Source of the DNA: Thermoplasmatota archaeon
GTDB lineage: Archaea; Thermoplasmatota; JAKEGO01
Direction of reading: 5' to 3'
Length of the DNA: 64,000 bases
NCBI GenBank assembly: GCA_028279595.1
Contig: JANQNK010000004.1
Span: 96,001 to 160,000 of the forward strand
Shown here: positions 9,681 through 19,884 of the stretch, one piece after another
Numbering within the stretch: the first letter of the stretch is position 1
How the letters are laid out: every line of letters starts with the position of its first letter
Notes under the pieces: generated by a model
What the model was told of the DNA's origin: nothing
Databases searched by the model: none
Seen by the model: only the letters and a program-made list of their open reading frames with translations
Made by a program: the position numbers and the translations under genes

Positions 9681-10247
9681 CTATTCTATCTTGAACCCGC
9701 ACTTGGGGCACTCCTCGTCAGTGTCCTTCACGGGGGCCCGGCAGGACTGGCAGGCAAGGAACTTCATCGGTGGACGCAGGGCGCTCCATATCTTCTCGCC
9801 GCAGAAGGGGCACTCCTTGGCGTTGACGTCGATGTGCTCCTTGCAGTTGGGGCAGACCCCGTACTCCTTCTCGACGAAGAGGAAGTTGCACTGCGGACAT
9901 TCCTCCGAGTCCATCGAGACCATAGCCTTGCACTTGGGACACTGGAACGCATCGTCGACGAACCCCTTTCCGCATGACGGGCAAGCGCTGTCGTCGATCG
10001 AGACGATGGCCCTGCACTTCGGGCAGAGGAACTGCGATCCTACAGGGGGCTCTCCAGACCTGACCGGTATCTTCCTGGCCGTTCTCGGGTCGCCGCAGGA
10101 GAGCATCGACGAGATCACCAGGACGATCCCGAGCACCGTGATCACTATACCCACCGTCGCGTCCATCATGAAGTATATAGCGAAGCCGGCCACAGTCACG
10201 AGCAGACCCACTATGAATAACATCGGTCCGGTCTTTCCCATTCCCAT
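9681..10247 (-). CDS. Membrane protein with multiple zinc ribbons (double-zinc-ribbon type)
   Basis: Two N-terminal TM helices, then eight CxxC pairs (CPKC/CPSC, CPKC/CPQC, CPNC/CPFC, CQSC/CPKC). Confidence 0.75.
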   Translation of the reverse strand: MGMGKTGPMLFIVGLLVTVAGFAIYFMMDATVGIVITVLGIVLVISSMLSCGDPRTARKIPVRSGEPPVGSQFLCPKCRAIVSIDDSACPSCGKGFVDDAFQCPKCKAMVSMDSEECPQCNFLFVEKEYGVCPNCKEHIDVNAKECPFCGEKIWSALRPPMKFLACQSCRAPVKDTDEECPKCGFKIE

Positions 10248-10397
10248 CCTAACACCGTTTGAGGAATCCAGTTCATGGTTATTAACATTTCCGGGATTCT
10301 GGTCGCCCGCCGCGGGTCCCCTCAGGACCGTGTACGATCGGCGGCCCCCTGCGATAACGTTTTAACATCGAATCGTGTATTGGCCCACGGTGTCTCG

Positions 10398-12203
10398 TTG
10401 AGAATGCTGGTCATACACAGCGACTGGATGGAGTACGATGCCGTCAAGCCGATCGGGAAGATCGCGGAGGGCGACGCTGCATCATCCGGCAGGATGGAGG
10501 AGAACCTCACGGCCTTCGTCACCGTCGAGAGGGAGGACGACGACAGCACCGTCTCCGCGGCGCTCGAAGAGCTCGAGGGCATCTCGGAGAAGGTCGGGGT
10601 CCGCAGGATAATGCTCTATCCGTACGCCCATCTGAGCACCAGGCTCGCCCAGCCCGGGAGGGCCGTCGAGCTACTGTCTGGGCTCGAGACGGTCCTCGTG
10701 GATGCCGGGTTCGAGGTACACAGATCGCCGTTCGGGTGGTACAAGAGCTTCAACCTCAAGGCCAAGGGACATCCGCTCGCCGAGTGGTCCCGCGAGGTGA
10801 CCGGTGGCAAGACGAGGGACGAGATCAAGGAGCGTATCGAGTCGCGATACATCGTCCTGTTCCCCGACGGAAGGGAGGTCGAGTTGGACCCGTCGAAGGA
10901 CGAGGCGTCGTCAGGCGATGACGAACTGGACGCTTTCATCAGGTCGGAGTACGGTACACCGCCGGCGGAGGAACCTCCATCGATAAAGGAGATGCAGAGG
11001 CTCGAACTGCTCGACTACGAGACAGCGGGAGACCCGGGACACTTCATCATGTATCCCAAAGGTTCGTTCATGTTCAAGGTCCTCACGGAATGGGCTGGCT
11101 CCATGGCCCGGGACCTCGGAGCGATGGAGATCGACTCGCCGATAATGTACGACTGGGAGTCCCCGGACATCAGGGCGCAGGTCTCCAGCTTCCACGAGAG
11201 GCACTACAGGGTCGTCACGCCCGAGGACAAGAAGCTCATACTCCGCTTCGCGGGTGACTTCGGTCTGTTCAGGATGATGAAGCGGGCGACGCTATCGTAC
11301 CGGGACCTGCCCGTGAGGATGTACGAGTTCTCGAAGAGCTTCCGCTTCGAACAGCGAGGGGAGCTTTCGGGTCTTAGAAGGCTCCGGGCCTTCCATATGC
11401 CCGATATCCACTCCTTCGCGCGGAGCGAGGACGAGGGATGGGACGAGTACGCGGCGATCTACGACAAGTACCAGGCGGAGATCGTGCGGACAGGCGTACC
11501 CTTCGCCATTGCCTTCAGGGTCGTCGAATCGTTCTACTCCGAGAACAGGGAGAGGCTGATCGAGCTGCTGAAGACCTCTGGAAGGCCGGCCTTCGTCGAG
11601 CTCTTGTCGGACATGTCGCACTACTGGGCGGTCAAGAACGAGTTCCAGGGTATAGATTCCCTGGGAGGCAACTGCCAGCTCGCGACCGTACAGCTCGATG
11701 TCGTCGACGCCGAGAGGTACGGGATCGTCTACACTGACGCCGACGGCTCCGAGAAGGGCTGCACGATCTGCCACTGCTCCATCGGTTCCATCGAGCGGTG
11801 GATATACATGGTCCTCGAGAACGCGATAGCGCAGGAGAGACCCGAGTTCCCAATGTGGATAGCACCGACCCAGGTCAGGCTCATCCCCCTGAGGGACGAG
11901 TTCCTCGGGGCATGCGAGGACCTTGCGGCAGCCATCGAAGGCCGGGTCGACATCGACGACAGGGACGAGAAGGTCGGCCGGCGCATCCGGGACGCCGAGA
12001 GGGAGTGGATAGGGATGATAATCGTCTACGGCGAGAAGGAGGCTGCGGCGGACAGGATCCCTGTCAGGATGCGGAGCGGGGACATCGTCGAGATGACCGT
12101 CGATGGGATCAACTCACGAATCGCGGAGGCCACGGAGGGATGGCCATTCGTCCACGGACCCCTGCGTCAGCACCTTTCGAGAAGGTTCCCGTTCAGAGGT
12201 TGA
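10398..12203 (+). CDS. thrS: Threonine--tRNA ligase, archaeal type
   Basis: Archaeal editing domain (IHSD, YPYAHLS, SPFGWYK..KGHPLAE), motif 2 FRFEQRGELSGLRRLRAFHMPDIH, motif 3 GSIER, anticodon domain WIAPTQV...DDRDEKVGRRIRDAE. Start at TTG 10398 or ATG 10404. Confidence 0.95.
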   Translation: MRMLVIHSDWMEYDAVKPIGKIAEGDAASSGRMEENLTAFVTVEREDDDSTVSAALEELEGISEKVGVRRIMLYPYAHLSTRLAQPGRAVELLSGLETVLVDAGFEVHRSPFGWYKSFNLKAKGHPLAEWSREVTGGKTRDEIKERIESRYIVLFPDGREVELDPSKDEASSGDDELDAFIRSEYGTPPAEEPPSIKEMQRLELLDYETAGDPGHFIMYPKGSFMFKVLTEWAGSMARDLGAMEIDSPIMYDWESPDIRAQVSSFHERHYRVVTPEDKKLILRFAGDFGLFRMMKRATLSYRDLPVRMYEFSKSFRFEQRGELSGLRRLRAFHMPDIHSFARSEDEGWDEYAAIYDKYQAEIVRTGVPFAIAFRVVESFYSENRERLIELLKTSGRPAFVELLSDMSHYWAVKNEFQGIDSLGGNCQLATVQLDVVDAERYGIVYTDADGSEKGCTICHCSIGSIERWIYMVLENAIAQERPEFPMWIAPTQVRLIPLRDEFLGACEDLAAAIEGRVDIDDRDEKVGRRIRDAEREWIGMIIVYGEKEAAADRIPVRMRSGDIVEMTVDGINSRIAEATEGWPFVHGPLRQHLSRRFPFRG

Positions 12204-12261
12204 CACTGCCGTTGTCATCCAATTCATCCCAATGACCCTGGCACGCGCGTCGATCTATGGA

Positions 12262-12579
12262 TTATTCCTTGAAGGCCGACACCACGACCATCGTCTTGGT
12301 CTCCTTGACACCCGGTATCGGACCTATCTGGCTGATTATGAGGTCGCGCATCTCGGAGTAGTCCTTGAACCTCGCCTTCGCGAGGATGTCGATGTCCCCG
12401 GTGACGAGGTAGATCTCCTCGATCGAGCCGATCTGGGCCATCTTCGAGGCTATCTCCTCTGTCTTGGAAGTGTCGATCTTCAATGACATCATGACGAGGA
12501 CGTCAGAGCCGTAGTACTTCTCGATCGTCTGTTCGTGCTCGTCCATCCCGATATCTGCCCCATCTGCGGGATCGTTCAT
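12262..12579 (-). CDS. Stand-alone Lrp/AsnC ligand-binding (RAM) domain protein
   Basis: EEIYLVTGDIDIL...IPGVKETKTMVV; no HTH domain. Confidence 0.8.
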   Translation of the reverse strand: MNDPADGADIGMDEHEQTIEKYYGSDVLVMMSLKIDTSKTEEIASKMAQIGSIEEIYLVTGDIDILAKARFKDYSEMRDLIISQIGPIPGVKETKTMVVVSAFKE

Positions 12580-12598
12580 GAGGGGTCCCTCCCGTCGC

Positions 12599-13288
12599 TC
12601 ATTCCTTGGGCTTCGCGACCTTCTTCGCCTTCTTGACCGGCTTCTTCGGTGTTTCCGCTGGAGTACCCGGCGAGACCGTCGCCTTCACGGTGGGGAAGTT
12701 GTCCCTCAGGTCTCCGAGGGCCTTCGATAGCTGGACCATCTGCTTCTCGGCCTCCTCGACCGCCTTCTTCGAGACGTCCTCACCGCTGTCCTTGAGCTCC
12801 TCCATCCTCTGGGCAAGGTCGGTGGATAGCTCGTTGACCTTCTCTATGACCCCGTCGATTATCGCGTTCCTCTTCTCGGGGTCAGCCTCGTTCTGGGCCT
12901 CCTTGAGCCCCGTGACCATCATACCCTGGATGGTCTGGAGGTCCTCGCTGATCTCCTCCAGGACTATCTCCGAGTTCTTCTTCACCGCAACCTGAAGCTC
13001 CTTCGCCCTCTGTTCGACGACGCCGGTCAGGTTCTCTATATCGCTCCTCAGCGTCTCAAGGAACTTCTCCAGCTGCTCGATGGAGGCGTCGGGGTTCTCG
13101 GCCGCGTCCTTGAGGCTGTCGATGTGGGAGTCGATGGTCTTCAGGGCCTTCTCCGATGTCTCGGCCGCCGCATCCACAAGAGTCGCTCCCTCCTTCTTGA
13201 TCTCGTCGACAAGGGTCTTCTGCCTCTCGTCGATCGTCTCGATGGCCTTCTTCATCGTTCCCGATATCTCACTAAATATGTCCGCCAT
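12599..13288 (-). CDS. All-helical apolipoprotein-like/coiled-coil protein with Lys/Pro/Ala tail
   Basis: GGTGA RBS before ATG 13288 (MADIFSEI); amphipathic helical periodicity; C-terminus ETPKKPVKKAKKVAKPKE. Confidence 0.65.
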   Translation of the reverse strand: MADIFSEISGTMKKAIETIDERQKTLVDEIKKEGATLVDAAAETSEKALKTIDSHIDSLKDAAENPDASIEQLEKFLETLRSDIENLTGVVEQRAKELQVAVKKNSEIVLEEISEDLQTIQGMMVTGLKEAQNEADPEKRNAIIDGVIEKVNELSTDLAQRMEELKDSGEDVSKKAVEEAEKQMVQLSKALGDLRDNFPTVKATVSPGTPAETPKKPVKKAKKVAKPKE

Positions 13289-13453
13289 GGCGATCACCCA
13301 CGTCTTTCTAGTGTGATTGATATCCTGAATCCGATATAAATATTTACCTTGAAAGGGGGCAAAATCGGCCGATCGGTCCAAAACTGTTACCATTGATCGA
13401 TGGGCCCGCACCAAGGGTCAAGACTTATTTACATTCCGTAAGATGGAGGGAGG

Positions 13454-14188
13454 ATGTCAGAGCTCGCGCTGGTGATTGCGGCCCTCTTCGCCTACGGGGT
13501 GTTCAGGGGAACCAGCACCTGTGCCACTATATGCACCCCTGCCCTCCTACCCTACGTCGCCTCAAGCGGTATGGGTCCGGCTAGAGCGTTGAAGATGGGT
13601 ATAATGTTCAACCTTCCAAGGCTGGTCATGCTGGTCATATTCGGTGCTATCGTGGGTGCCCTATCCAGCTCTGTGTTCTCGGAGAGTGGGCTCAAGTTGG
13701 TATTGACTGTCACTCACGATATGGCATACATGGCCATAGGGATCCTGCTAATCTTCCTGGGAGTACACATCCTCAGGAAGGGAGGAAGTGAAAGGACGCC
13801 CGGATCCAGACATCGGAAAAGGAGAGGGAGACCGAACCTTTTCCCCAGATGGATCCGTGGAGAGAGGAGGTTTGTGACGACATGGGGGTCCCTTCTCAGT
13901 GTCGCCTGCCTGATGGAGGTCGGGCTATTGGAAGGACTTGCCATGTCCACGCTCCTTGGAGCTTCCGAGTCGAATGTCGTCATCGCGGCGATGTTGGGGG
14001 CTGGTGCAATGGCAGCCTTCGGGATAGGGGCAGCGGTCCCGGTCATCACCCTTGTGGTTCTGACGTCGAAATATGCAGATATGGAGAGACCGTCCCATAC
14101 CCGCTTCTTCACCGAGATCGTACCATGGTTAATGGTCCTGGTCGGCATCTTCCTGATCGGAACCTCGGCCTTGAGATTGAGCCTCTGA
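13454..14188 (+). CDS. DsbD_2 / TauE-like multi-pass membrane protein (CcdA/DsbD-beta-like)
   Basis: About six TM helices; Cys-Pro motif in the first half (TSTCATICTP) and a Cys in the second half (SVACLME); GGAGG RBS. Confidence 0.6.
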   Translation: MSELALVIAALFAYGVFRGTSTCATICTPALLPYVASSGMGPARALKMGIMFNLPRLVMLVIFGAIVGALSSSVFSESGLKLVLTVTHDMAYMAIGILLIFLGVHILRKGGSERTPGSRHRKRRGRPNLFPRWIRGERRFVTTWGSLLSVACLMEVGLLEGLAMSTLLGASESNVVIAAMLGAGAMAAFGIGAAVPVITLVVLTSKYADMERPSHTRFFTEIVPWLMVLVGIFLIGTSALRLSL

Positions 14189-14256
14189 TCCAGTTGTCTC
14201 GACCAGTGCTGGAAGAATGCATAATCCTCATATATCCATGTGGCATTTGGATTATC

Positions 14257-16614
14257 ATGTTAAGGGCCAGACTACAGAGGGGGCAGGCTCTCGTTCTCGC
14301 TATCTCGATTTCTTTGCTCTTGAACCAATATGGAGCACTTGCAGATGGTGGGACCGACCAAAGCGATGTCAGAGGGTATCCGGACATACTGACCGTCGAG
14401 GTGAATGCTCTTGCCCCGGAGGCACCCGCTGTGGTTGGGTTCCAGCCGACGGAGGAGTCCTATCTTTCGGCAGCGTGCATGATACCGGCCTACTACAATA
14501 GAATTGACTCAATACCGCTGATATTCGACGACGGATCGGGTGAAAACGCCGTCCCTGAGGATTTCGAGGCCGTGACGATAGAGTTGGGGAGCGGTGGAAC
14601 GGACATCTGGACCATGGACTTCGCATACGACCATTGGAGCGAAGCGGGGGTCGTCGTCCTTGTCGAGGATTACGAGTGGGCGCTCCGATCCGTGCCGATC
14701 TCTGCCCAGCTGTGCGCGCCGATGGTCACAGCTGTGACCCCTGCGTTCGCAACGAACCTCTCGGTCGAACTCGTTATAATGGCCGGCGATGGACTGTCTG
14801 AACAACAGGTCCCAGCGGGTACCAAGGCGATCCGCTTGACTAGCGCCGAGGACCTCTGGACGTTCCAGCTGGACGTATACTCCATGATGGGGAGGGCGTG
14901 CGACTACGTGGTCGTAACGAATCCCACCGACATCGACCCGGCCGTGGACATCCAGCTTCATGGTCTATCCCTGTCCGCCGGACTCCTTGCCGCATACAGG
15001 GGTGCGGTCGTTCAGACGGGAGACCTCACGGGGCCCAGGGACCTGATATCCACGATCATAAAAGCGGAGGAGCCGGATGACGTGACCTACGACCAGGTCG
15101 TCCCCTACTTCCACGCAGTGAAGGAATCCTGCTGGGGAGCCCAGGAGTTCATGATCGACAGGGACCTGACGCCGGCCTTCCTCGGGCTTGTGGGAGGCCC
15201 ATTCGCCCTTCCGGATTACATCCTCGACATCCACATCCTCTACCATTACTGGGCAAAGGAGTTGCATTACGTACCAACGACTGCGCCCTATGGCAATTTC
15301 TCTTCGGAGAAGCCCGTTGACACCTACGTCAAGGAGGACGCAGCGGTCGGGCGGATACTCGGTGACAACATCCTCGATACGTCGTTACTGCTTTTCCGTA
15401 CCTTCTTCTACAGGGAGTTCCTGCCCGGTGGTGAATACGACCCTGGGACCGCGTGGAGTAGCTCCAGCATCATGATCGACGGACACCGCCTGAACCAGCC
15501 AGAGCCCGGCGGTCCTAACATTTCGGCGAACGTCGTGTGGCACCCTGGTGAGGAGGTGATGGAGGAGTTCGACGCCGCCGGCTTTGACGTAACCTACGGG
15601 TTGCCAAAGAACGAGACGGACCCAACGGATACGAACCTCTCGGTAGTGTCGCTCATGGGGATCCTCGTGAACTCCTCAGTGAGCCACATAATCGCCCACG
15701 GACATACCGAAATGATACGATTCGAGGTTGGGATCGATCCCGATACCGGCGATGGGCGCATCTTCGCGCTGACCTGCGACCAGATAAGGGACCTTGGGCC
15801 GACAGCCCCCTTCGCTATAGGCGCGATCGCTTGTGGATCCGGCACCTTCTCTAAGGACGTCCCGTTGAACAGGACAGTTCCGCTATCTTTCGTGCATGCG
15901 GGGGCTGTCGCATTCCACGCACCGGCCACCGGTCAAGCGGTGTGCTTCTGGGACCAAGCTCCCGAGGGTGTCGCTTCGGACATGTCCTACATGATGTGGA
16001 ACTACAGCCTGAACGACAATATTGCGATCGGAAGGGCAATAGCGGATGCCAAATGGGATGCATTCAGCTCGTGGCGCGATGCGGGAAACATATCCCATGA
16101 GGACCCGGCCACGTTCCACCTGTTCGGGGACCCGGCCCTCGAGCTATACAAACCCGGAGTCCCGTTCAGCGATCCAGCACCGATGGAGGTGGAGGTCGAG
16201 TTGGATATCGATCCAAGCTCTATTGCCGCAGGAGATGCGGTAGTGATGAACTTCACCTTCTCCGATCCGGCAACAGGACTACCGATCATGATCGATTGGG
16301 ACAGGATCGAGGTAGGGAACGAGGTATTCGATGGTGCATATGCGGAACCCACATCCAACGCTTCACACAGCTTCACGCTGAACGAGGAGGGATTGAACTG
16401 GATCAAGATATCCTTCGGTGCGGATGGTTATGACACCTACGAAGCGACCTACCTGTTCAACGTTGAAGGGACCGGTAGTGGTCCTGAGGATGAAGATGAT
16501 GAGGACTATCCGATAGCAGCGCTCATGGTGGTCGTTCTCGGTATCGTGCTAATCGTATTGGTATACGTGTATCTGCTCAAGGCCTCACGGGGGAGAAAAG
16601 GGAAGGGGAGATGA
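14257..16614 (+). CDS. Membrane-anchored C25 (gingipain/clan CD)-like cysteine peptidase
   Basis: Signal peptide; VGRI, IIAHGH (catalytic His), AIACGSG (catalytic Cys), IAIGRAIADAK, FHLFGDP; C-terminal TM plus basic tail. ATG 14257 preferred over 13849. Confidence 0.7.
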   Translation: MLRARLQRGQALVLAISISLLLNQYGALADGGTDQSDVRGYPDILTVEVNALAPEAPAVVGFQPTEESYLSAACMIPAYYNRIDSIPLIFDDGSGENAVPEDFEAVTIELGSGGTDIWTMDFAYDHWSEAGVVVLVEDYEWALRSVPISAQLCAPMVTAVTPAFATNLSVELVIMAGDGLSEQQVPAGTKAIRLTSAEDLWTFQLDVYSMMGRACDYVVVTNPTDIDPAVDIQLHGLSLSAGLLAAYRGAVVQTGDLTGPRDLISTIIKAEEPDDVTYDQVVPYFHAVKESCWGAQEFMIDRDLTPAFLGLVGGPFALPDYILDIHILYHYWAKELHYVPTTAPYGNFSSEKPVDTYVKEDAAVGRILGDNILDTSLLLFRTFFYREFLPGGEYDPGTAWSSSSIMIDGHRLNQPEPGGPNISANVVWHPGEEVMEEFDAAGFDVTYGLPKNETDPTDTNLSVVSLMGILVNSSVSHIIAHGHTEMIRFEVGIDPDTGDGRIFALTCDQIRDLGPTAPFAIGAIACGSGTFSKDVPLNRTVPLSFVHAGAVAFHAPATGQAVCFWDQAPEGVASDMSYMMWNYSLNDNIAIGRAIADAKWDAFSSWRDAGNISHEDPATFHLFGDPALELYKPGVPFSDPAPMEVEVELDIDPSSIAAGDAVVMNFTFSDPATGLPIMIDWDRIEVGNEVFDGAYAEPTSNASHSFTLNEEGLNWIKISFGADGYDTYEATYLFNVEGTGSGPEDEDDEDYPIAALMVVVLGIVLIVLVYVYLLKASRGRKGKGR

Positions 16615-16621
16615 ACAGGGA

Positions 16622-18799
16622 ATGCCCATCGGACCATCCGGCAACGAGGGATCCGCATCAATGGTGCCACATCGTGTCATCGTATTGGTACTCTTCCCTG
16701 TCCTGTGGCTGCTGGTGACATCGGCCCTGGCCGGGGGTGAGGACCTCAAGTTGGGTGGCGAGGAGGCCCTCACGATCGAGGACCCGCAGGTGTTCGGCAA
16801 CGTTACGCTGACCGGGCACTCCACGCTCATCATCAACGGGACCTCCATGGAGATACGAGGATTGCTCAGGATGAATGACAACTCCCGACTGTTCGTCCAA
16901 GACGGAGTGATGGTGGTGAGACCGCCCGCCCTGGACGAGCACATCATGCCTGTATTCATCCGGGACAGGTCGCTTTTAAAGGCGAGTTCGGGGTCTGACG
17001 TGGTGTTCCATCCTCAGCCGAGCGCCACGAACATCTCGTACATGCTTGCCGACGATTCGTCGAGCTTCATCCTGGTCGATTCCGACTTCTCCTTCGAGTC
17101 GCCGGAGATCATCGACCAGTCTATCGAGCTGGCATCCGTCACGTCGGGTGTCCTGCTATTCTCCAGCTCGAGCTCCTGGACCGTGATCGACTCCGAGATC
17201 GAAGCGTACCTCAACGTCACACCCTCCGGACAACTGAGGAGCAGATGGTTCTGGTGCACTCTTCACCAGAACGCGAAGGTAGAGCTCATAGACTCAGAGG
17301 CATGGATCAACACTCCCCTGAACACCATCTTCAAGCCTATATCCGGAATGTTCCAGATGACTAGGTCTGTGATCTCACAGGGTTATCTCGACGGCGAGGT
17401 CACGGCGACGTTCGCCATTGAGGACAGCGAGGTGGACGGCCTCAACCTGAGGGACCAGTCCCAGATGGTGCTCGCGTCATCGACCGTGCAGACGCTTACG
17501 ATCGGGATCATAGCCCCGTACACCGACGTTGATGAGATGCCTCGCACCAAGGCGACGATCGGGGATGTTGTCGTGAAGGGGAGGACCAGCGTGAAGGGTG
17601 CTGCGACGGTCGATATCTCGGGATCGGTGCTCGATTCCCTCTTCGTTTCAGAGGAGGCGGAGGTTGAACTGTTCGATTCCATCGTCTCTGACACCCTCAC
17701 ATGCGTTGACGTCACCAGTGTCCTGGGTGACAACTGCAGCGTTACGAACCTGACGGTGGATGACGACTGCTGGCTCCACCTCGACAAGTTCGGTTCGGCC
17801 ACGAGGATGGTGATGCGGGAGGGGGGTCCGTCGACCGCTTCACTGTCCAACGGGACCATAGATGAGATCTCGGTGTACCAGGACCATACGAAGACGATAG
17901 TCCTCCGTAGCGTAGACGTCGGGAACATCAGTTTCTGGGACAACGTCACGATGTCGATCGTCGCGGATGATTCCTCGATCCAGGCTTTCCGTCCTTGGCG
18001 TCAGGAGAACATCCACATAACCATGTCGGTGTCGGACTCCGAGGTCCCTCCCGCCGATTTCGATGAGAACATATCGGTCGACGTCTATCACCCTCTCAAG
18101 GTATTGGTCCGAGTGAACGGCATGGCGACCCCGGCTGACCTGAGGGTGTTGGAGGAGTCGGGGGTGGAGACCGTTCATGTGATCCCAGATGGCATCGGGT
18201 GCGTTTGGTTCGACGTGCTGGTCGACACGTACTCGGAGGGCGTACTGACCCATTACAGGAATGTCACGGTCGAGGCGACGTTCCTCGATTTCGAGGGACG
18301 GAAGGAGGAGGTCATGGACTCCTCGAAGACCGTCCGGTTCGATTGGTCCGACCCGTACTCCCCATCGGTCAAAGGGATCTCCCATTCACCGTCATCATGG
18401 AACTCCGACAGGGACCTGTTCGTCACTGCGGATGTGACGGATGCGGATTGCGGAGCCATACGATCGGTTACCCTTAACTACAGCGTCGATGGCTCGCCGT
18501 GGGTCGAGGTCCCGATGTACGAGACCAGTCCAGGGACCTACAAGGCGATGATACCGCGGCAGAGTGCCGGATCCACAGTACGCTACCGGGTCAGAGCCTC
18601 TGACGTGTATGGTAACTACGTAGTCTCGGACACGAGATCCCTGGTGGTGGGGGAGGAGGAGGACCTGTTGACCATGTCCCTCTTCGCCCTCATGGTTGTG
18701 ATGGCGTTGGCGCTTCTCGGCCGGCATGTTCTCAGATACCGAAGGACACGGAGATTCCTTAGGGGCGGAGGACCCAAACCCAAGGGGGTCAGGAAATGA
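16622..18799 (+). CDS. Secreted, C-terminally anchored beta-rich surface protein
   Basis: Signal-like N-terminus, beta-helix-like repeats, Ig-like domain (VTLNYSVDGSPW...YKAMIP...VRYRVRASDVYGN), C-terminal TM plus Arg-rich tail. Confidence 0.65.
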   Translation: MPIGPSGNEGSASMVPHRVIVLVLFPVLWLLVTSALAGGEDLKLGGEEALTIEDPQVFGNVTLTGHSTLIINGTSMEIRGLLRMNDNSRLFVQDGVMVVRPPALDEHIMPVFIRDRSLLKASSGSDVVFHPQPSATNISYMLADDSSSFILVDSDFSFESPEIIDQSIELASVTSGVLLFSSSSSWTVIDSEIEAYLNVTPSGQLRSRWFWCTLHQNAKVELIDSEAWINTPLNTIFKPISGMFQMTRSVISQGYLDGEVTATFAIEDSEVDGLNLRDQSQMVLASSTVQTLTIGIIAPYTDVDEMPRTKATIGDVVVKGRTSVKGAATVDISGSVLDSLFVSEEAEVELFDSIVSDTLTCVDVTSVLGDNCSVTNLTVDDDCWLHLDKFGSATRMVMREGGPSTASLSNGTIDEISVYQDHTKTIVLRSVDVGNISFWDNVTMSIVADDSSIQAFRPWRQENIHITMSVSDSEVPPADFDENISVDVYHPLKVLVRVNGMATPADLRVLEESGVETVHVIPDGIGCVWFDVLVDTYSEGVLTHYRNVTVEATFLDFEGRKEEVMDSSKTVRFDWSDPYSPSVKGISHSPSSWNSDRDLFVTADVTDADCGAIRSVTLNYSVDGSPWVEVPMYETSPGTYKAMIPRQSAGSTVRYRVRASDVYGNYVVSDTRSLVVGEEEDLLTMSLFALMVVMALALLGRHVLRYRRTRRFLRGGGPKPKGVRK

Positions 18800-19884
18800 T
18801 CGGTGAGACAGGGAACAGGTTGCGATGTCTCATCGGAATTGCGTTCATCGCCTCGATAACCTTGATCCTGATGGTGGGGATGCCGTCGGCAAGCGCAGGC
18901 GGGGAGGACGCGAACCTCCATTCGGTACAAATATCAGCGACGCCTTCGACCCAGGGTGTAGGCGGTATCGTTACGGTCAGAGCCGTGGCACAGCTGTACG
19001 GTGGGTGCTGTTACAATCTTTATGCTGACGACCTTACTGCCGAGCTTACGCTGCCCGACGGCGTCATCCTGCTTGGTGGACCGTCGCCTGAGAGGTACGC
19101 CAGCGTCACGGCCCAACCAGGAGGCGTAGCGACCGAACGGGTCTTCGAGTGGACGGTACGTAGCAAAGCGGTCGGTGTCTACGACCTTGATGTGGTCGTA
19201 AGAAGCCGAAACTGCGGAAACGTGAAGGACAATGTCACGCTGGAATACGTCGAAGGTGCAGCGATATCCGAGCCAGCCTTATTCCCAGACCCTCCCGATA
19301 TGAGGATGGACCTCTTCGTGTCGGTGAACGTTTCCATTGCAATTCGGGATGTCACCGTGGTAAGCGTGAGCGTTTACACGGTCGAGGGAGCAAGAGAGTT
19401 CGTCAAGGCGGAGAACGAAACTCTGATCCTGGAAGGCAACCGGTCCGTGGCCGGCACGTTCACGGTACTGACCGAACACGAATATCAGAAGGGCATATGG
19501 TGGACCAGGCTCGAGCCACCTGACTCTGAGAGGATCGTGCTATGGGTGGTCGTAGTGGGTTCGGATGGGAAGAACACGACGTCTCCAGTATACTCATTGA
19601 GGGCGATCGATCGCGACCGCGATTACCAGGAGTTGAGGGGTCTTTACATGGCCAGCACCTTCATACCTCTCCTGGGCGCGATCGCCGTGATCTATGTCAA
19701 CAACAGATTACTCGCCAAGCGCTTGGAGCCCATCCTCATACGCAGGGGGCGGGCCTCCGAAATAATGGCCATGAGGGCAATGGTCTTCTATGCGGTCCTG
19801 ACCATCGGGGTGATCATGGTGCTCTACGCCCTCTCGGCCGGATGGTTCCAGGAGACCGGCGGCCTCCTCCAGGAGGGGATCTGA
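18796..19884 (+). CDS. Membrane protein with Ig-like ectodomain carrying a GGCC motif
   Basis: Signal/TM at N-terminus, LYGGCCYNL and SRNCG, two C-terminal TM helices; overlaps both neighbours. Confidence 0.6.
   Translation: MIGETGNRLRCLIGIAFIASITLILMVGMPSASAGGEDANLHSVQISATPSTQGVGGIVTVRAVAQLYGGCCYNLYADDLTAELTLPDGVILLGGPSPERYASVTAQPGGVATERVFEWTVRSKAVGVYDLDVVVRSRNCGNVKDNVTLEYVEGAAISEPALFPDPPDMRMDLFVSVNVSIAIRDVTVVSVSVYTVEGAREFVKAENETLILEGNRSVAGTFTVLTEHEYQKGIWWTRLEPPDSERIVLWVVVVGSDGKNTTSPVYSLRAIDRDRDYQELRGLYMASTFIPLLGAIAVIYVNNRLLAKRLEPILIRRGRASEIMAMRAMVFYAVLTIGVIMVLYALSAGWFQETGGLLQEGI

Noticed and set aside
13849-14256. N-terminal extensions given in the ORF track (13849, 19542, 10275, 30118)
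   Set aside because: They overlap upstream genes or promoters; downstream starts give proper signal peptides or family N-termini.
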